Source: Chiloscyllium plagiosum (taxonomy: Eukaryota). From it: 64,000 nucleotides of DNA. The notes under the pieces were generated by a model, which was given only the letters and a program-made list of their open reading frames with translations, made no database searches and was not told the DNA's origin. Position 1 is the stretch's first letter, and each line of letters starts with the position of its first letter. Of this stretch, positions 23,264 to 37,550 are shown piece after piece. Location of the stretch: positions 1,717,907-1,781,906 of the forward strand of contig NC_057757.1 in assembly GCF_004010195.1 (NCBI RefSeq), written 5' to 3'. The position numbers were made by a program, and so were the translations under genes.

Positions 23264-26029
23264 TCCACCACATTTCCAGCCAGTACATTCTACACCCTAT
23301 AGATTCAGAGTGAAAATGTTTTTGTCATATTACCGTTGCTTTTACAAATCACTTTAAATCTTTCCTCTCTTGATTGTGTTCCTTTTACTAATGGAAACAG
23401 ATTTTTCATTTCACTTAGTACATTTAAGCCAAAAGTAAGACCATAAGACACAGAAACAGAAATTAGGCCATTCAGCCCATCATGGCTGATAAGTAGAAGA
23501 TTCTTGACCAACAAGATAGTCAGAGGGTGTTGTGTAGGGGATTATGTGTGGAAATATAGGTTTGACACTACAAGCAGATTAGCCTTGATCTGTTTGAATG
23601 ACAGAGCAGACTGGAGGGGCCAAATGGCCGCTTGGTCTTCTTAAGTTTTATGTTCAAATGCAAGTTAATGAGTGATGTGCAGGTTCTGACCCAGGCAGAA
23701 GAGATGGTGCTTGAAAGTTGAATAGATGGGTATTTTGGAGGTTTGTGATTTGTGCATGCCCTCCAACATCTGGAATCTGGTCCTACGCATGTGATTGGTG
23801 GAAGAGGTTCATCTTGCATCAGTCGCCATTGTGTCTCCATCAGCTGCTGAACATGCTTGACTTCTTCCTGAATATTTTGAGGACATAGCATTTAGGAGCA
23901 GGAGTAGGCCATTCAGATCTTTGAGTCAGTCATCTGGTTGGGGCCCCCTACAAAGACTAGTTTCGGAGTAGAGCAATTGCTTTAGCAGTCTACAAGTATG
24001 TCACCAAACAAGGCACCTGGGAATGGAAATAAGCCAGTATTAATAGGCTGCTCAACTTTAGCTTGCAACTTTGGGCAGCACTGTAGATGAATTTGTTTCC
24101 CCTCCTAAGCTTTGCAGTGTTAGGTAGTGGTAAAGGAATTTATGAGAATGATAAACATATTTTAGAAACCTTTAGCTAAAATCTCAACCTATTAATCTGA
24201 ATAGGTATAAGTTTACATTTGAGCAGACCTTAATGAGTGATATATTGATGCCAGTATGTGTGCAGTTGTTGTTGTGTAGGGTGTAAACTTCAGTTCTTTT
24301 CCATTAACTTATCGTGTTGATCAAGCAAGTAAGTGATTGCATTATATCCTGCTTGAGTGTGGTTCGTTGTTAAATAGTTTCTGGAGGGAAGATGTCATTT
24401 GGTCCAGGTCAAAAAATAAGGTGTATGATTTTATTGTCATTTGGCTCAGGCTAATGTAATCTTAGGCCAACAAATAAGAAAGGACAAATGTGACAGCCAC
24501 TTCCTCTCAATCATATTATAATTGTACACTTCAACTCTGACCAACTGCATTCCACATCAGCAAAGTAGACATTTTTCCAGTTAGTATTTAAAGTTGGCAG
24601 TTTTTAAAAATTAGATATTGAACGTTTCTTTTCTCAAATGAGTTTAATGTTCATTATCTGTTTTCTGATTACATACTTCTTTTCTCCAACATTGTGGTAG
24701 AGTTTATTTTAGTTATCATTCATCATTTTGGGGCTAAGCTCACAGACACCTCTCCACACTAACCTTCTTTGGCTTGATGTGCCTCAGGCTATTAGGAAGC
24801 ACCTGCAGTGAAGAAGTCACATAAATGTCAGAAACAGGTGTTTTGTTTTGGCAGTACAACCAGACACTTGTCACACGCCACCATGATTCTGCATCTTCTT
24901 CAGCTTCAACAATTTATCCTGTTTACCCCACACAAAACATAACATGATATTTGTCTCGGTCATTCCTTGTGGGAAAACATTCTATTATCCAGCAAGATTT
25001 GGTCACAGTCTTAGTCTAAATTTGTCATGATCCCTAGTTAGTGATTGTCCAACTTGATCACCCTCTCAAAACTCATTGTTGTGAAAGCCTATATTAAATG
25101 TCCCAGCAAATGCTACATAGTGGATATACAGGTCTCTGCTAACCATAGTTTTGTTTCCCTGATATTATCCTGGTGAACCTAAACTGTGTGTTGTCTATGG
25201 CTTTTAATCTACCTTCTGTAGTGGTGCATCAGAACTACAGATGGTACTGTAACTTTGGCCGAACAAAATATTTTGTAGATTTAGCATTAATTCTTTACTT
25301 TTGTACTCTATGCCCCTATTTATAAAGATCAAAATGTCTTTAGATGTTTTATGACCTAATTAAACCTCACTCATGCTTTGAAGGAATGAAATATTTGAAT
25401 CCCTACTGATTCTAGTGATCCAAGTATTTTGCTAGCTTCATCTGCATGTGAGATCTCATCTTTGCTGAGATATAGATTCACAGATGTCTGCAACTATTTC
25501 ATATCTTACTCAATGTATTTCTTCCTTATGCAATTTGTGCCTGAAGCCTTAAAACCAAGCCTGCTGCTAACTTAGTGATAACTGTCACTTTCAGCAGTGG
25601 TTCATGAGTAAGGGATAGGAATGTGAAGCCTTGTGATTTGAATGATTGTAAAACCAATGTAGGCGAAAAGGGTGGAGACACTCAATATTTCTATCCAGGG
25701 ACCCTACGAGAAAACATGCACGTACACACATTGGGTGAAGATAGGATCAAGCACTGTTATGAAACTCCACATTGTCAAATACCTGTTTACCATACAAACC
25801 CATGTTAGTTGAAAGATGCTTGATGAAAGAAAGTAGCCATGCGACATAATTGCACAAGGGAATGAATGCTTTATGGAAGAAAGCTAGCAGATCAGTCAGA
25901 TTCAACACTAAGTCTGGGATATTAGTCTAGCATTGATTCTCATTATTGAGGTCGTAGAAGCAAATACGAGATTGTATCTTCAGATAAAAACACAATACTG
26001 TATGTGCTGGCAACCTAAAGTTTTTTGAT

Positions 26030-27460
26030 TTGGTGAAGTGCTGCACAAAAGATTAATACACAAGAGAAGACCTCATGGGGTTAGGGATAACTTATCTGCT
26101 TGGATAAAGGATTGGCTAATCAACACAAAGCAGAAAGTCAGGATAAAGATGTCGTTTTCTGGTTGGCACAACATAACAAGTGGGGTTTGGCCCTGGCGCC
26201 ACAATTATTTATAATCTATGTTAATGACTTAGATACAGCAGTGAAAGGTACTTTGTAATTATGCTAAAGTAGGTGGGCAAATAAGTTGAATTAAAGAAAT
26301 AAGAAACTTACAAGTGGAAATGGTGAATGGGCCAAAATTTGGCAGATGGAGTTTAACGTGGATAGGTATAAGGATATCCATTTTGGTCAGAAGAATAAAA
26401 AGAGAACTTATCTGAATTGAGATCTTTAGACTGCTTTTGTGCAGAGGAATCTGGTTTTCTCATCCATGAATTACTGAAAACCAGTATTCAGGTACCGCAG
26501 TTATTAGAATTTTGGTATATATCATAAAAGGAATAGAGTATAAAATCTCTGCAACTGTACAAACCATTAGACGGCATGGTGGCTCAGTGGTTAGCACTTC
26601 TGTCTCTCAGCACCAGGGTCCCAGGTTTGATTCCAGCCCCGGGCGACTATCTGTGTGGAGTTTGCACATTCTCCCCGTGTCTGCATGGGTTTCCTCCGGG
26701 TGCTCCGGTTTCCTCCCACATTCCAAAGATGTGCCGGTCAGGTGAATTGGCCATGCTAAATTGCCCATAGTATTAGGTGCATTAGTCAGAGGGAAATGGG
26801 TCTGGATGGGTTACTCTTTGGAGGGTCGGTGTGTACTGGTTGGGCAGAAGGGCCTGTTTCCACACTGCAGGGAATCTAATCTAATCATTAGTGAGACTAC
26901 ATCCAGAGTATTGTGTACAGTTTTGGTCCTCTTACTTGAGGAAGGATGTAGTTGCATTCGAGGTAGTTCAGAGAAGATTCACTAGGTTGATTCCAGAGGT
27001 GAGGGGTTTCTCTTATGAAGAGAAATTGAGCAGTTTTGGCATGTACTCTCTGAAGGTTAGAGGAATGAGAGGAGAACTAATTGAGTAAGGGATAGGAATG
27101 TGAAGCCTTGTGATTTGAATGCTTGTAAAGCCAGTGTAGGTGAAAAGTAGATACTTCCTCTTGTGGGGACAAGATAGAAGAAGAGGTCATAATTTTAGGG
27201 TTTAGGGTAGTGGATTTGAAATGACAAATGTAGGGACGTGAATATGTGTAATTCAGTACCTTAGAGTGTGATGGATGCTGGCACCTTTGGCTAAATTTAA
27301 GGAGGAGATAGACAAATTTTGAATTAGTAACAAGTTAAAGGGGATCATGGGGAGCTGGCAGGAAGGTGGAGTTGTGGTCAAGATAAGATCAGCCGTGATC
27401 ATATTGAATGGCAGAGTGGGTCAGTGGCTGAATTGCGTACTCCTGCTCCTTTTCCTTATC
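26030..27460 (+). mobile_element. Decayed CR1 LINE fragment containing a nested SINE
   Basis: RLHPEYCVQFWSSYLRKD motif and a CR1-type 3' end. Confidence 0.75.
26570..26886 (+). mobile_element. HE1/V-SINE-like SINE
   Basis: tRNA head, V-domain, CR1-derived tail ending (AATCT)n; flanked by CATTAG on both sides. Confidence 0.85.
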
Positions 27461-28099
27461 TTCAAACACTGAAAATACAGGAGAATCTCAGCAGATTCAG
27501 CATTATTTGTAGAGGTGAAAATAGAATTAATGTTTTGAGTCTAGTATGACTTCTTCAGAATTGAAAGGTATTGGAATTTTTTAATATACTTTTGACAGAT
27601 GCAGAGGAGGAGCAAGGGAGCAGTTGATATAGAGGCCCAATGCAAAAGACAAAAAGGTTGTTAATGGTGGTGAAAGACAAAAAGACATATAAAATAGGTG
27701 TAAATTATGATGTGAAGGGAAAGGAATGAGCAAAGTAAACAAGACACAAGCAAGACACAAAGAAGGTTCTGAAGAAGGGACACTGAACCTGATACGTTAA
27801 CTCAACTTTCTGTCCACAGATGCTACCAGACCTGCTGAGTTTTTCCAGCAATTTCTGTTTTTGTTTCAAGCAAGACAAGCCTGTGTGGAGTTGGGGGAAT
27901 ATAAGAAAAATAGAGAAGAAACACAATAAGGTCATCTTCTGAAGTTAGGGAAATCAAAGTTGAGACCTTGAGGCTGTAAAGTGCCTAAGTGGAAAATGAC
28001 ATGTTGTTCCCTACGTTTGTGTTCTGCTTCATTGGAACAGTGCATTTTTGCCAGAATGCATTCTTGCTGTCTTGCTAACACAGCAATGACACAGCATGT

Positions 28100-29607
28100 A
28101 CTCTGAGTGGAGGACTTCAACGTCCATTACCAAAAGTAGCTTGGTAGTGCCATCACTAACTGAGTGGGTCAAATCCTAAAGGTCTGTGGCAGGTAGTGAG
28201 GGAACTAATACAGGGGAGAAATGTACTTGACCTCACCAATCTACTTGTAAGAGATGTCTGGTGATGACAGTATCAGTAAGAGTGATTATGGCACAGTTGT
28301 TGTGGGAAAATAAGTAACATTGAGTTGTGGTGCTGCCACCTCACTGCATCGGACAGACATCAAACAGACTTAGTAACTCAAAACTCAAACCATGAGGCAC
28401 TGGGCTGCCAGCAACAGAAATGTATTCAGCCACATTTGTGAAGCCATGGGCTGGCATATTCGCAACACTTCCATTTCTATCACGTTGGAAGATGAATCCT
28501 GATTCAATGATGAGTGCAGGAGGCCATATCAGAAGCAGCATCAGACTTAGCTAAAAATGAGTGATCAACGTGATGAATTTGCAACACTGGACTACCTGTA
28601 TGCCAAACAATGCGGGCAGCAAATATTAGACATGGCTAAACAATTTGAAAACAGCAGATTAGATTGAAGCTCCGCACTTCTTCCATAGTTGTGAAGGGTG
28701 TTGGATAATTAACTGACTAACAGGAGGAGGCTGCACAAAAATTCCCATCCTTAACAATGGGGGAGCCAGTGCATCAATACAAAAGGCCAGGCTGAAACAT
28801 TGCGTTCAGCTTCAGCCAGAACGGCGAAGTGGATGACATATCTTGGGTCCTCCACATCATAGATCCCCTGTGCAGTTAAATTGATTCACTCCCCTGTGTC
28901 ATCAAGAAATGGCTGAAGGCATTGGATACTGCAAAAACTATTGTTAATGTTTTGTTAATATTACTGAAGATGGGTGCTCCAGAACTAACTGACCTCTAAA
29001 CAAGCAGTCCTAATACACCTACAAAACTGGCATCTATCCAATAATGTGGAACTTGCCCAGGTACGCCCTGCATACAAACGGCAGGACAAATCCAACTTGG
29101 CCATTTGCCTCCCTATCAGTCTGGTCTGGAACATCAACTAAGTGAGAAAGATGTCATTGACAGAGCTATCAAGCATCACTTAAAAAGAAATAAACTGCTT
29201 GCTGGCTTTTAGTTTGGATTCTACCAATGTCATTCAGCTCTTCACTTCATAACAGCCTTGGTCCAAGCATGGACAAAAGAACTGAACTCTGGAAGTGAGG
29301 TGAGAGTCACTGCCCTTGACATCAAGGTAACGTTTGAGCATGTGAGACATCAAGCAGCTCCATTGGAGTCAATGGGAATCATTAGAATAGGAAACCTCTT
29401 TACTGGGGTTTTTGGTCATAGCCATTCCAAAGAAAGATGTTTTTGGTTGTCATTATCTCAGCCCCAGGACATCATTGCAGGAGTTCCTAAGGATACTCAG
29501 CAGTCTTAATATGCTTTGTTAGTTACCTTTCCTCCACCTCAGAAATAGTGGTGCAACCTGAACATAATTATGCAATACTCAGCACCATTTACGATTCTTC
29601 AGATACT
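28100..29607 (+). mobile_element. Old L2/CR1-group LINE fragment (continues at 33580-34370)
   Basis: VRVTALDIK (RT motif A region); collinear with the 41090-41329 / 46921-48320 copy. Confidence 0.65.
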
Positions 29608-29881
29608 TAAGTATCTGAAATATTGTATGCAGTTGTGGTTACACCTGGATTATTGTATGCAGTTTTGACCTCCTTAACTGAGGGACTGCAGCGCAGGTTT
29701 ATCAAGTTGATTCCTGAGATGGCAAGATTAACCAATGAGAAAATGGTTGAGGCCTAAACATTGTGTTTTCAAAAAGGAGGTAAATATAGCTCTTGTGATG
29801 AAAGTGATCAAAGTATTTGAGGGGCGGGCAGGATTTGGAGTATTGAGTTCAATGATCAGGCATGATCATCTTGAATGGCGG

Positions 29882-32800
29882 GTCGAAGACTGCAGATGCT
29901 GGAGGGTCAGAGTTGAAAAGCATAATGCTGGAGAAAGCACAACAGCTCAGGCAGCATCTGAGGAGCGGGAGAGTTAACGTTTCAGGCATAAGCCCTTCAT
30001 CAGAAATGTGGAGGGGGGAACGGGACTGAGAGATAAATAGGTGGGTGGGGCAGGGCGTATGGAAAGGTAGGTGGGATGGTGATAGGTGGATCCAGGTAGC
30101 AGGTGATTGTGATAGGTCGATGGGGAGGATGGAGCAGAAAGGTAGAAAGGGAGATGGACAGGTAGGTCAGGCCAAGAGAGCGGTGCTGACTTGGAGGACT
30201 GGATCTGGGATGAGGTGGGGGGAGATGGGGAAATTTGGAAACTTGTGAAGTGCTGACATCATCAACAATCACAAGACTGCCCCCACTCCAGAGACAGTCT
30301 CCATCTCCACTCCCAACTCCAGCTTAACACCAGGCCCCAGTCCCAAGCCCTACCAGTTATCATAACCCCCTAGACCTCCCCCTCACTGAGGACAAATGGT
30401 CAGACCTCAGGAAAGGTCTTAACTTCATTCCACTACACTACTACGTGTCAATGAATTCCGTACGTGCTGCAATATTGAATTTTGCTTTCTCTGCCTTCGG
30501 GCTTACTTTTTTGATTGTGATTCTCACTCATCCTCCATAAAACCCTTCTACCACCTCCAATATTCTCCATCCTCCTGGACACCATCCTGGCCTCTTACCC
30601 TCCCTCAACTTCTTTATCTCCAGCTGCCGACACAATATTGACTGCCTCAATCTGTCCACTCCTCTCACCCATCCAAACTTTCACCCTCGCAACACATAGC
30701 CCTTCACTCTCGCTGCTCCAATCTCAACCTCACCATTAAACCAGCTGACAAGGGAGGCGCAGTGATAGCATAGAGCACCGACCTACTCATCACTGAAGCC
30801 AGATGTCAACTCACTGATACCTCCTTGTACCGCCCCCTCGACCACGACCCTACCTCTCATCACCAAGCCATCATCTCACAGACTGTCCACAACCTCATCA
30901 CCTCAGGGGATCTCCCATCTGCAGCCTCCAGCTTCATAGTTCCCCAACCCACATTATCTGGGTCTATTTCTATTTCTAAATCCACAAACCTGACTGCTCC
31001 AGCCAACCGATTGTCACCCCCTGCTCCTGTCCCATCAAACCCATCTCCTCATATCTCAACTCTGTCCTGTCCCCTTTGGTCCATGACCTCTCCACATACG
31101 TTCAGGACACCACCCAGGCACTGCACCTCCTCCATGACTTTCGATTCCCCAGTACCCAACACCTCATCTTTGCAATGGACATCCAATCTCTATACACCTC
31201 CATTCCTTGTGACGAAGGCCTGAATGCTCTCTGTTTCTTCCACTCCCACTGACCCAACCAGTCCCCTCTCCACCAACATTCTCATTCGATTGCCGGAACT
31301 CTCAACAGCTTCTCCTTGGAATCCTCTCACTTCCTGCAGACAAGTGGGGAAGCCATGGGCACCCATATGGGCCTGAACTAATCCTGCCTTTTCGCAGGAT
31401 ACGTGAAACAGTCCCTCTTCTGTAGCTACACCGGCACCATCCCCCACCTTTTCCTTTGTTACATTGATGATTGTATTAGAACCACCTCAGGTTCCCACAA
31501 GAAGTTTGAAAAGTACATCAACTTCACCAATATCTTCCACCCTGATTTCAAGCTCACACGGATCTTCTGTCCCTCCCTCCCCTTCCTGGACTTCTCTGTC
31601 TCTGTCTCCAGCGACCGACTCAACACAGACATTGATTTCAAACCCACTGACTCCCATAGCTACCTTGAGTACACCTCCTCCCAACCCCCTTCTCCCAATT
31701 CCTCCACCTCCACCATATCTGCTCCCAAGAGGAGCAAATCCACTCCAGGACATCTCAGGTGTCCTCCTATTTCAAGGCCACAATTTCCCCTCCCATGTGA
31801 TCAACAATGCCCTGCATCGCATCTCCTCCAGTTCCCACACCTCCACCCTCAAACCCCACCCCCTCACCTTCACCCCACCAATCTCCAGGTTCAGCTCATT
31901 ATCCTCCACCATTTCCGTCACCTACAGTCACACACCCCCACCAAAAATGTATTTCCCTCTCTACCCCATCTGCATCCCACAGAGACTATTCCCTTCACAA
32001 CTCCCTTGTTAGGTCCACACTCGCCACCAACCCACCCTCCACTCCCAGCACTTTCCCCTGCCACTGCACGAAGTGCAAATCCTGCGCCCACAACTCCCCC
32101 TTCATCCCTGTCCAAGGCCTAAAGGATCATTTTAAATCCAACGAAGATTTTCATGTACATTCTCCCACCTCATTTACTGCATCAGTTGCTCTCGATGTGG
32201 TCTCCTCTACATTTGGAAGACCAAGCACCAACTCGTGGAATGGTTCAGGGACCATCTCTGGTCCGCACACACCATCCAACTCTACCATCCTGTGGCCAAC
32301 CACTTCAACTCTCCCTCCTACTCCCCCAAGGACATGCAAATCCTGGGTCTCCTCTACCGCCAAATCAAAGCCACCTGCCAACTGGAGGAAGAGCACCTCA
32401 TCTTTCTGTTATGACATGGTGGTAAATCCTTCTGCTAATTTAACCAAACACACAGAAAAGCTCACCTTATCTCATAACCTGTTAAAGTATAAGTGACAGA
32501 GAACTACTCAAATTCCACCATTTAAAGAAAAAATACCAAGTTTATTCTTTAATTCTAAAGTGAACTGTAAACACTAATTATTTACAACTCTAAGCCTCTT
32601 TTCTCTTAAAGGTTTGTTATCTACCTCCCACTCTATAACAATATACCGATCCTATAAAGCCCCAATTAGATTTACAGCAACTCAATTTTCAAAATCAGAC
32701 AGTGGCTGTCGTCTCCGGTGTCAATCTTCCTCTGTTTGTAGATCTCCCTGGGTCATCTTTAGTCTTCTGCTACAAAGATGTTTCATAACAAAAAGGTACC

Positions 32801-33516
32801 TTTGACACAGAGTGTGGTGAATAGCAGTCTTTCAAATGGCAGATGGTGCTCTTCCTGGCTAACTGTCCAAAAAGCCTGCTTTTTATACCCCAAATATCAG
32901 ATCGTTTCATTGGTTCAATGTTGTTAAAACAGTAAAATTCAAATTCGATTGGGTTTTAATATCTTGGGGTATAATTTAAATTGGTTGGTTAAATTCGAAC
33001 TGCTGTGAAAACAACTGGTATCTAGGTTACAGCAGATGTTACATCTTCCAATTTTCCAGCACACTCTGTAACATGACAGGTGCTTGCCAGCTTTCACTCT
33101 CTCTTAAAGATACAGTACACGCCTTCAACTTCATAACATTTCGCCTCAGGACCCTACAACTACAATCTCCCCACCTCCCCACCTCATCCCAGATCTAACC
33201 CTCCAACTCGGCACTGCCCTCTTGACCTGACCAATCTGTTCATCTTCCTTCCCACCTATCTGCTTCACTCTCCCCACCGACCTACCTCAATCACCTGCTA
33301 CCTGGATCCACCTATCACAAACCCACCCAGCTTAGCCCCAGCATCCCTCCTCACCCCACTAGTTATCTGTCAGCCCCCTTCCCCCTCCACATTCCTGATG
33401 AAGGGCTGCTGTCTGACCTCTTGTGTATGAAGGGCTTATGTCCAAAACGTCGACTCTTCTGCTCCTCCGATGCTGTCTGACCTCTTGTGTTTTTTCCAGT
33501 GCCACTCTTTTCAACC
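29882..33516 (+). mobile_element. Penelope-like element (RT + GIY-YIG remnants) with inverted 5' pLTR
   Basis: IKPADKGGAVI, GEAMGT, YIDD, LPFLD and GIY-YIG-like YCISCSRCGLLYI. 29882-30240 is an inverted copy of 33165-33516. Degenerate ~15-bp TSD CATCTTGAATGGCGG / CATATTGAATGATGG. Confidence 0.85.
32407..33138 (-). mobile_element. Solo LTR (family B) inserted in the Penelope-like element
   Basis: Perfect 8-bp terminal IR TGTTATGA/TCATAACA and 4-bp TSD TTTC. It is the reverse-complement relative of 48962-49669. Confidence 0.88.
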
Positions 33517-33579
33517 CATATTGAATGATGGAGCATGCTTGAATGGCCTAATCCTGTTTCCATCTTCTATGTGTTAATG

Positions 33580-34370
33580 TGAAGCAGTTTGTATCGATAT
33601 ACAGCAGGACCTGGACTATAAGCAGGCTTGGGCTGATAAGTGGCAAGTAACATTCATGCTGTACAAGTGCTAGGCAAAGATCATCTCCAACAAAAGGCAA
33701 TTTAATCACTGGCCCATGGATGAATGGCATTACCATGGCATTAACATGGATAAATCTCCCACACTTAAGATCCTGGGGGTTACCATTGACCAGAAACTGA
33801 ACTGCACCAGCTGTACAAAGTCTGTGAGTACAGCGCAAGTCAGAGCTTTTGTGGCAAGTAACTCACTACCTATTCACTAGCCACATCTACAAGTTTTACA
33901 TCAGAAGTGTGGTAGAACACTCTCTAATTACCTGGGTGGGGCAATTCAACAGCAATCAGGAAATGTGACACTATCCAGGAGAAAGCATCCAACTTGATTT
34001 CCATCCCATTCGGTACATGTACAGTGTGGCAAAAATGTGTACTGGAGACAAGATGCATTTTGACAACTCAACATGCTTTCCTCCATAGGACCTTTTCAAA
34101 CCCCAACCCCTACACCTGGAAGGATATGGGCAGCAGATGGTTGGGAACACCACCACCTGCAAGTTCCCTACTGACAAGCTTAATATCCTGACTTGGAAAT
34201 GAATCACCATTCCTTTTCTGTCGCTGGGTAAAAATCGTGGAACTCCCTTCCTGCGAGCACTGTGGGTGTCCTTGAGCCCCAAAGACCATAGCGATCAAAA
34301 AGTCAGTTCACCACCATTCACCACTTTCTCCAGGCCCCAGCCAGCAATGCTGATATCCCATGAACAAACA
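33580..34370 (+). mobile_element. L2/CR1-group LINE 3' part (continuation of 28100-29607)
   Basis: Resumes at TGAAGCAG, collinear with 47540-48320. Confidence 0.6.
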
Positions 34371-34433
34371 AACAACACAAATGTTATCGAATAAGATGTG
34401 ATAATGAACCTTGTGTATGTTCTATCTTTGCAG

Positions 34434-34548
34434 CCTGAAAGATGATGATAGTGGAGACCATGAACATAGTGAAGACAGTGAATTATTGAAAGAGAAGGAA
34501 ACAGAAGTGTGTGATCAAGAAAAGATTCAAAGCACAGCCAAACGAAAG
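34434..34548 (+). CDS. eif4e2rs1: eIF4E2-family exon 2
   Basis: TTGCAG|C CTG AAA GAT...AAG|GTGAGC; LKDDDSGDHEHSEDSELLKEKETEVCDQEKIQSTAKRK; 115 nt. Confidence 0.95.
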
Positions 34549-34819
34549 GTGAGCATTGACATTTTCTCACGCACCTTAAAACTAGAATTATTACTTTAAT
34601 ATTTGTAGAAAGCAGTGAAATTATTATTTACCAACTGGCAAAGGGTACAGAGCAGGTGGTGCCAAATTCCGGATGTAGCTTTGAAATATGTAGAACAAGA
34701 TTGATATCACATTGATTTATATCTGTAATTCTACAGCTATCATGTCATCTAGGAGATTATAATGTATCTAGTGTTAACTCCTGACATTGCAGACATACCT
34801 CCCAAATGAGCAACTTATA

Positions 34820-35350
34820 GAGTAATGAAATCATATAGCCCAGAAACAGACTCTTCGGTGCAACTCATCCATGCTGACCAGCTTTCCCAAACTAATCTAG
34901 TTCCATTTGCCTGCATTTGGTCCATATCGCTCTAAACCTTTCCTGTTTATGTACTGTCCAAATGTCTTTTAAATGTTGTAACTGTACCTGCATCAACCAC
35001 TTCCTCCAGCAGTTCATTCCATATACGCAGCACTCTCTGCGTGAAGAGGTTGCCCCTCAGATCCCTTTTAAATCTTTCCCCTCTCACTTTCCCCTCTCAC
35101 TATACTCTCTAGCTTTGAACTCCCCCACCCTCGGGAAAAGACCTTTGCTATTCACTTTATCTATGCCCCTCATGATTTTATAAACCCAGCAACAGGTCAC
35201 CCCTAAACCTCCTAGGTTCCAGGGGTAAAAAAAGTACCAGCCTACCCAGCCTTTCTTTATAACTCAAACCTTCCATCAGGTAATATTCTTGTAAATCTTT
35301 TCTGCACTCTTTCCAATATCCTTCATATTAGCAGGGTGATAAAGAACTGT
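34820..35350 (-). mobile_element. CR1 LINE 3' fragment
   Basis: Reverse complement of the CR1 3' end seen at 17500-17930. Confidence 0.75.
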
Positions 35351-37049
35351 ATGTGCTTGTATCATCCATGCAAATCTTGTTTGCACCTTTCTAGTACTTC
35401 TAAATTATTGTTGTAATATAGAGAGTAAAACATTCTTGCAAGAACAATAAGACTAACTAAGTTTAATGTGATCTTTGCATCTTTATATTCCAGTAGAAAT
35501 TAACCCAAGTGTCTTTTTGTTTTTATTAATGACTTGATTTAATGTACTTACTACTATTGGTGATTTCAGTATTGTATCATAGGATCCTTTTGCTCCCTGT
35601 TCCAGTTTGTTTCTTATTATCCTCACAATGTGCGATCCCTTCATCTTTTACTTGCCTATATTAAAGTTTGTGACAAAAGTTTTGAATCAGAAAAATATGT
35701 TTTGTGAGTTCGCTTATGTTATTTCAGGTAGTGTTGCTGCTGTTGAGTTGGTCACTCTCTCGCTGTCTGTGGTCAATGCAATGCTGGTTCTTGAAGTGAC
35801 GGAACATAGATCAGAGCACTAAACACCCAAAATTAGCTTGAGATACTGATCAGAGGCCAACTGCTGCCCCAAAGGAAAGTATGCAAGGCAAACTAATTTG
35901 TCCTGCTCTTGGATCTCTTATCCACAATGTAGGTGGTAGTATAGGATCCCTTTAATACAACAAAAAGTAGAGGTCAGAGGCATTCAAACAGGCACCTGCG
36001 AAGACCCAGTATCCAGCTCCCCAAGCCCAAGCAACTTACAGTTAATTTTATAGATTCAAAGTAATTGCAAGGGAACAAGAAGCAACTTAGTCTCTTATCT
36101 GCGGAAGCTGCTATGGCTATTGAGGGAGTGCAATGAAGGTCAACCAGACTGATCCATGATATGATGGCACTGACGTAGGGGGAGAGACTGAATCAATTAG
36201 GACTAGATTGGCTGCAGTTTAGAAGAATGCTGGGAGGGGAGTGTGTGGAATCTCCTAGAAATCTATAAAATTCTAACAGGATTGGACAGGGTAGATGCAG
36301 GAAAGATGTTTTCAATGACCGGGGACTCCAGATTCTAGGGGTCACAGAGAGTACAGAGATGAGGAGAAATTTCTTCACCCTGGAAATTGAAGCCAAACAT
36401 TGAAGACTTTCAAGGAATATGTCGATATAGTTCTTAGTTTTAAAGGGACCAAAGGATATGGGGAGAAAACAGGAACAGGACAATGAGTTGGTTTTCAGCC
36501 ATAATCATGCTGAATGGCAGAACAGTTTCAAAGGGCTGAATGACCTACTCCTGCTCCTGTATTCAGTGCTTCTATGTAACATAAAGGGAAAAACTGGCAC
36601 TGCCTGAAAGTGTGCTGAAAGCAGTGGTATTATCGCTGGACTGTTAATCTACAGACACAAGTGATGCTCTGGGGACTCAGGTTCAAATCTTGCATTGGCA
36701 AATGACGGAATTTGAATTAAATAAAATCTGGAATTAAGAGTACGTTGATGACCATGAATCCATTCTCAATTGCTGGAAAATTGCTCAAAATTCCAATTGT
36801 TGGAAAAAGCCATTTTTCTTTTAAAAGAATGTCATCCTTACCTGGTGACTCCAGACTGACCGGTCACTTAACTGCTCTTTGAGCAATAAGTGCTGGCCTG
36901 GCCAGAGACACCTTCATCACATGAATGAATAAAAAAGAAGCCTCACTGATAACTTTCAAAAGAGAATTAAATCCTTAGTATAGTGCAGCACTGAAGCAGC
37001 AATGTGGACTACTGAGTCTATTTATCTTTCTTGAGAGTAACTTCAAACA

Positions 37050-37550
37050 TAAGGATGTTGTTAAACTTGGGAGGGTGCAGAAAAAATACACAAAGATGTT
37101 TCCAGGACTGGAGTGTTTGAGCTAGAGGGAGGGGCTGAATAGGCTGGAGGTATTTTCCCTGGAGTGTTGCAGGATGAAGGGTGACCTTGTGGAGGTTTAT
37201 AAAATTGTGAGGACCATGAATAGGGTTGAATAGCCAAAGTCTTTTTTTTCTATGGTGGGTGAGTCCAAAACTAAAGGGCAGAGGTTTAGAGTGAGGGGAA
37301 AGATTTGAAAAGAACCTGAGGGATAACTTTTTCACACAGAGGATAATGAGTATATGGACTGAATTTCCAGAGGAAATGATGGAGGCAGGTACAATTACAA
37401 CATTTAAAAGATGATTGCATGAAAAGGAAGGATTTAGAGGGATATGTGCCAAATGCTGGCAAATGGGACTGGATTAGATTGGGATGTCTGGTCGGTGCAG
37501 ATGAGTTAGACCGACGAGTCTGTTTCTGTGCTGTATGAATCTATGACTCA
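37050..37550 (+). mobile_element. CR1 LINE 3' fragment
   Basis: Similar to 17450-17930, including the ...CTATGACT tail. Confidence 0.8.

Noticed and set aside
25610..27146. ~60-bp direct repeat GAGTAAGGGATAGGAATGTGAAGCCTTGTGATTTGAATG at ~25607 and ~27083
   Set aside because: Real local duplication, but short, embedded in decayed repeats, and without features suggesting function.
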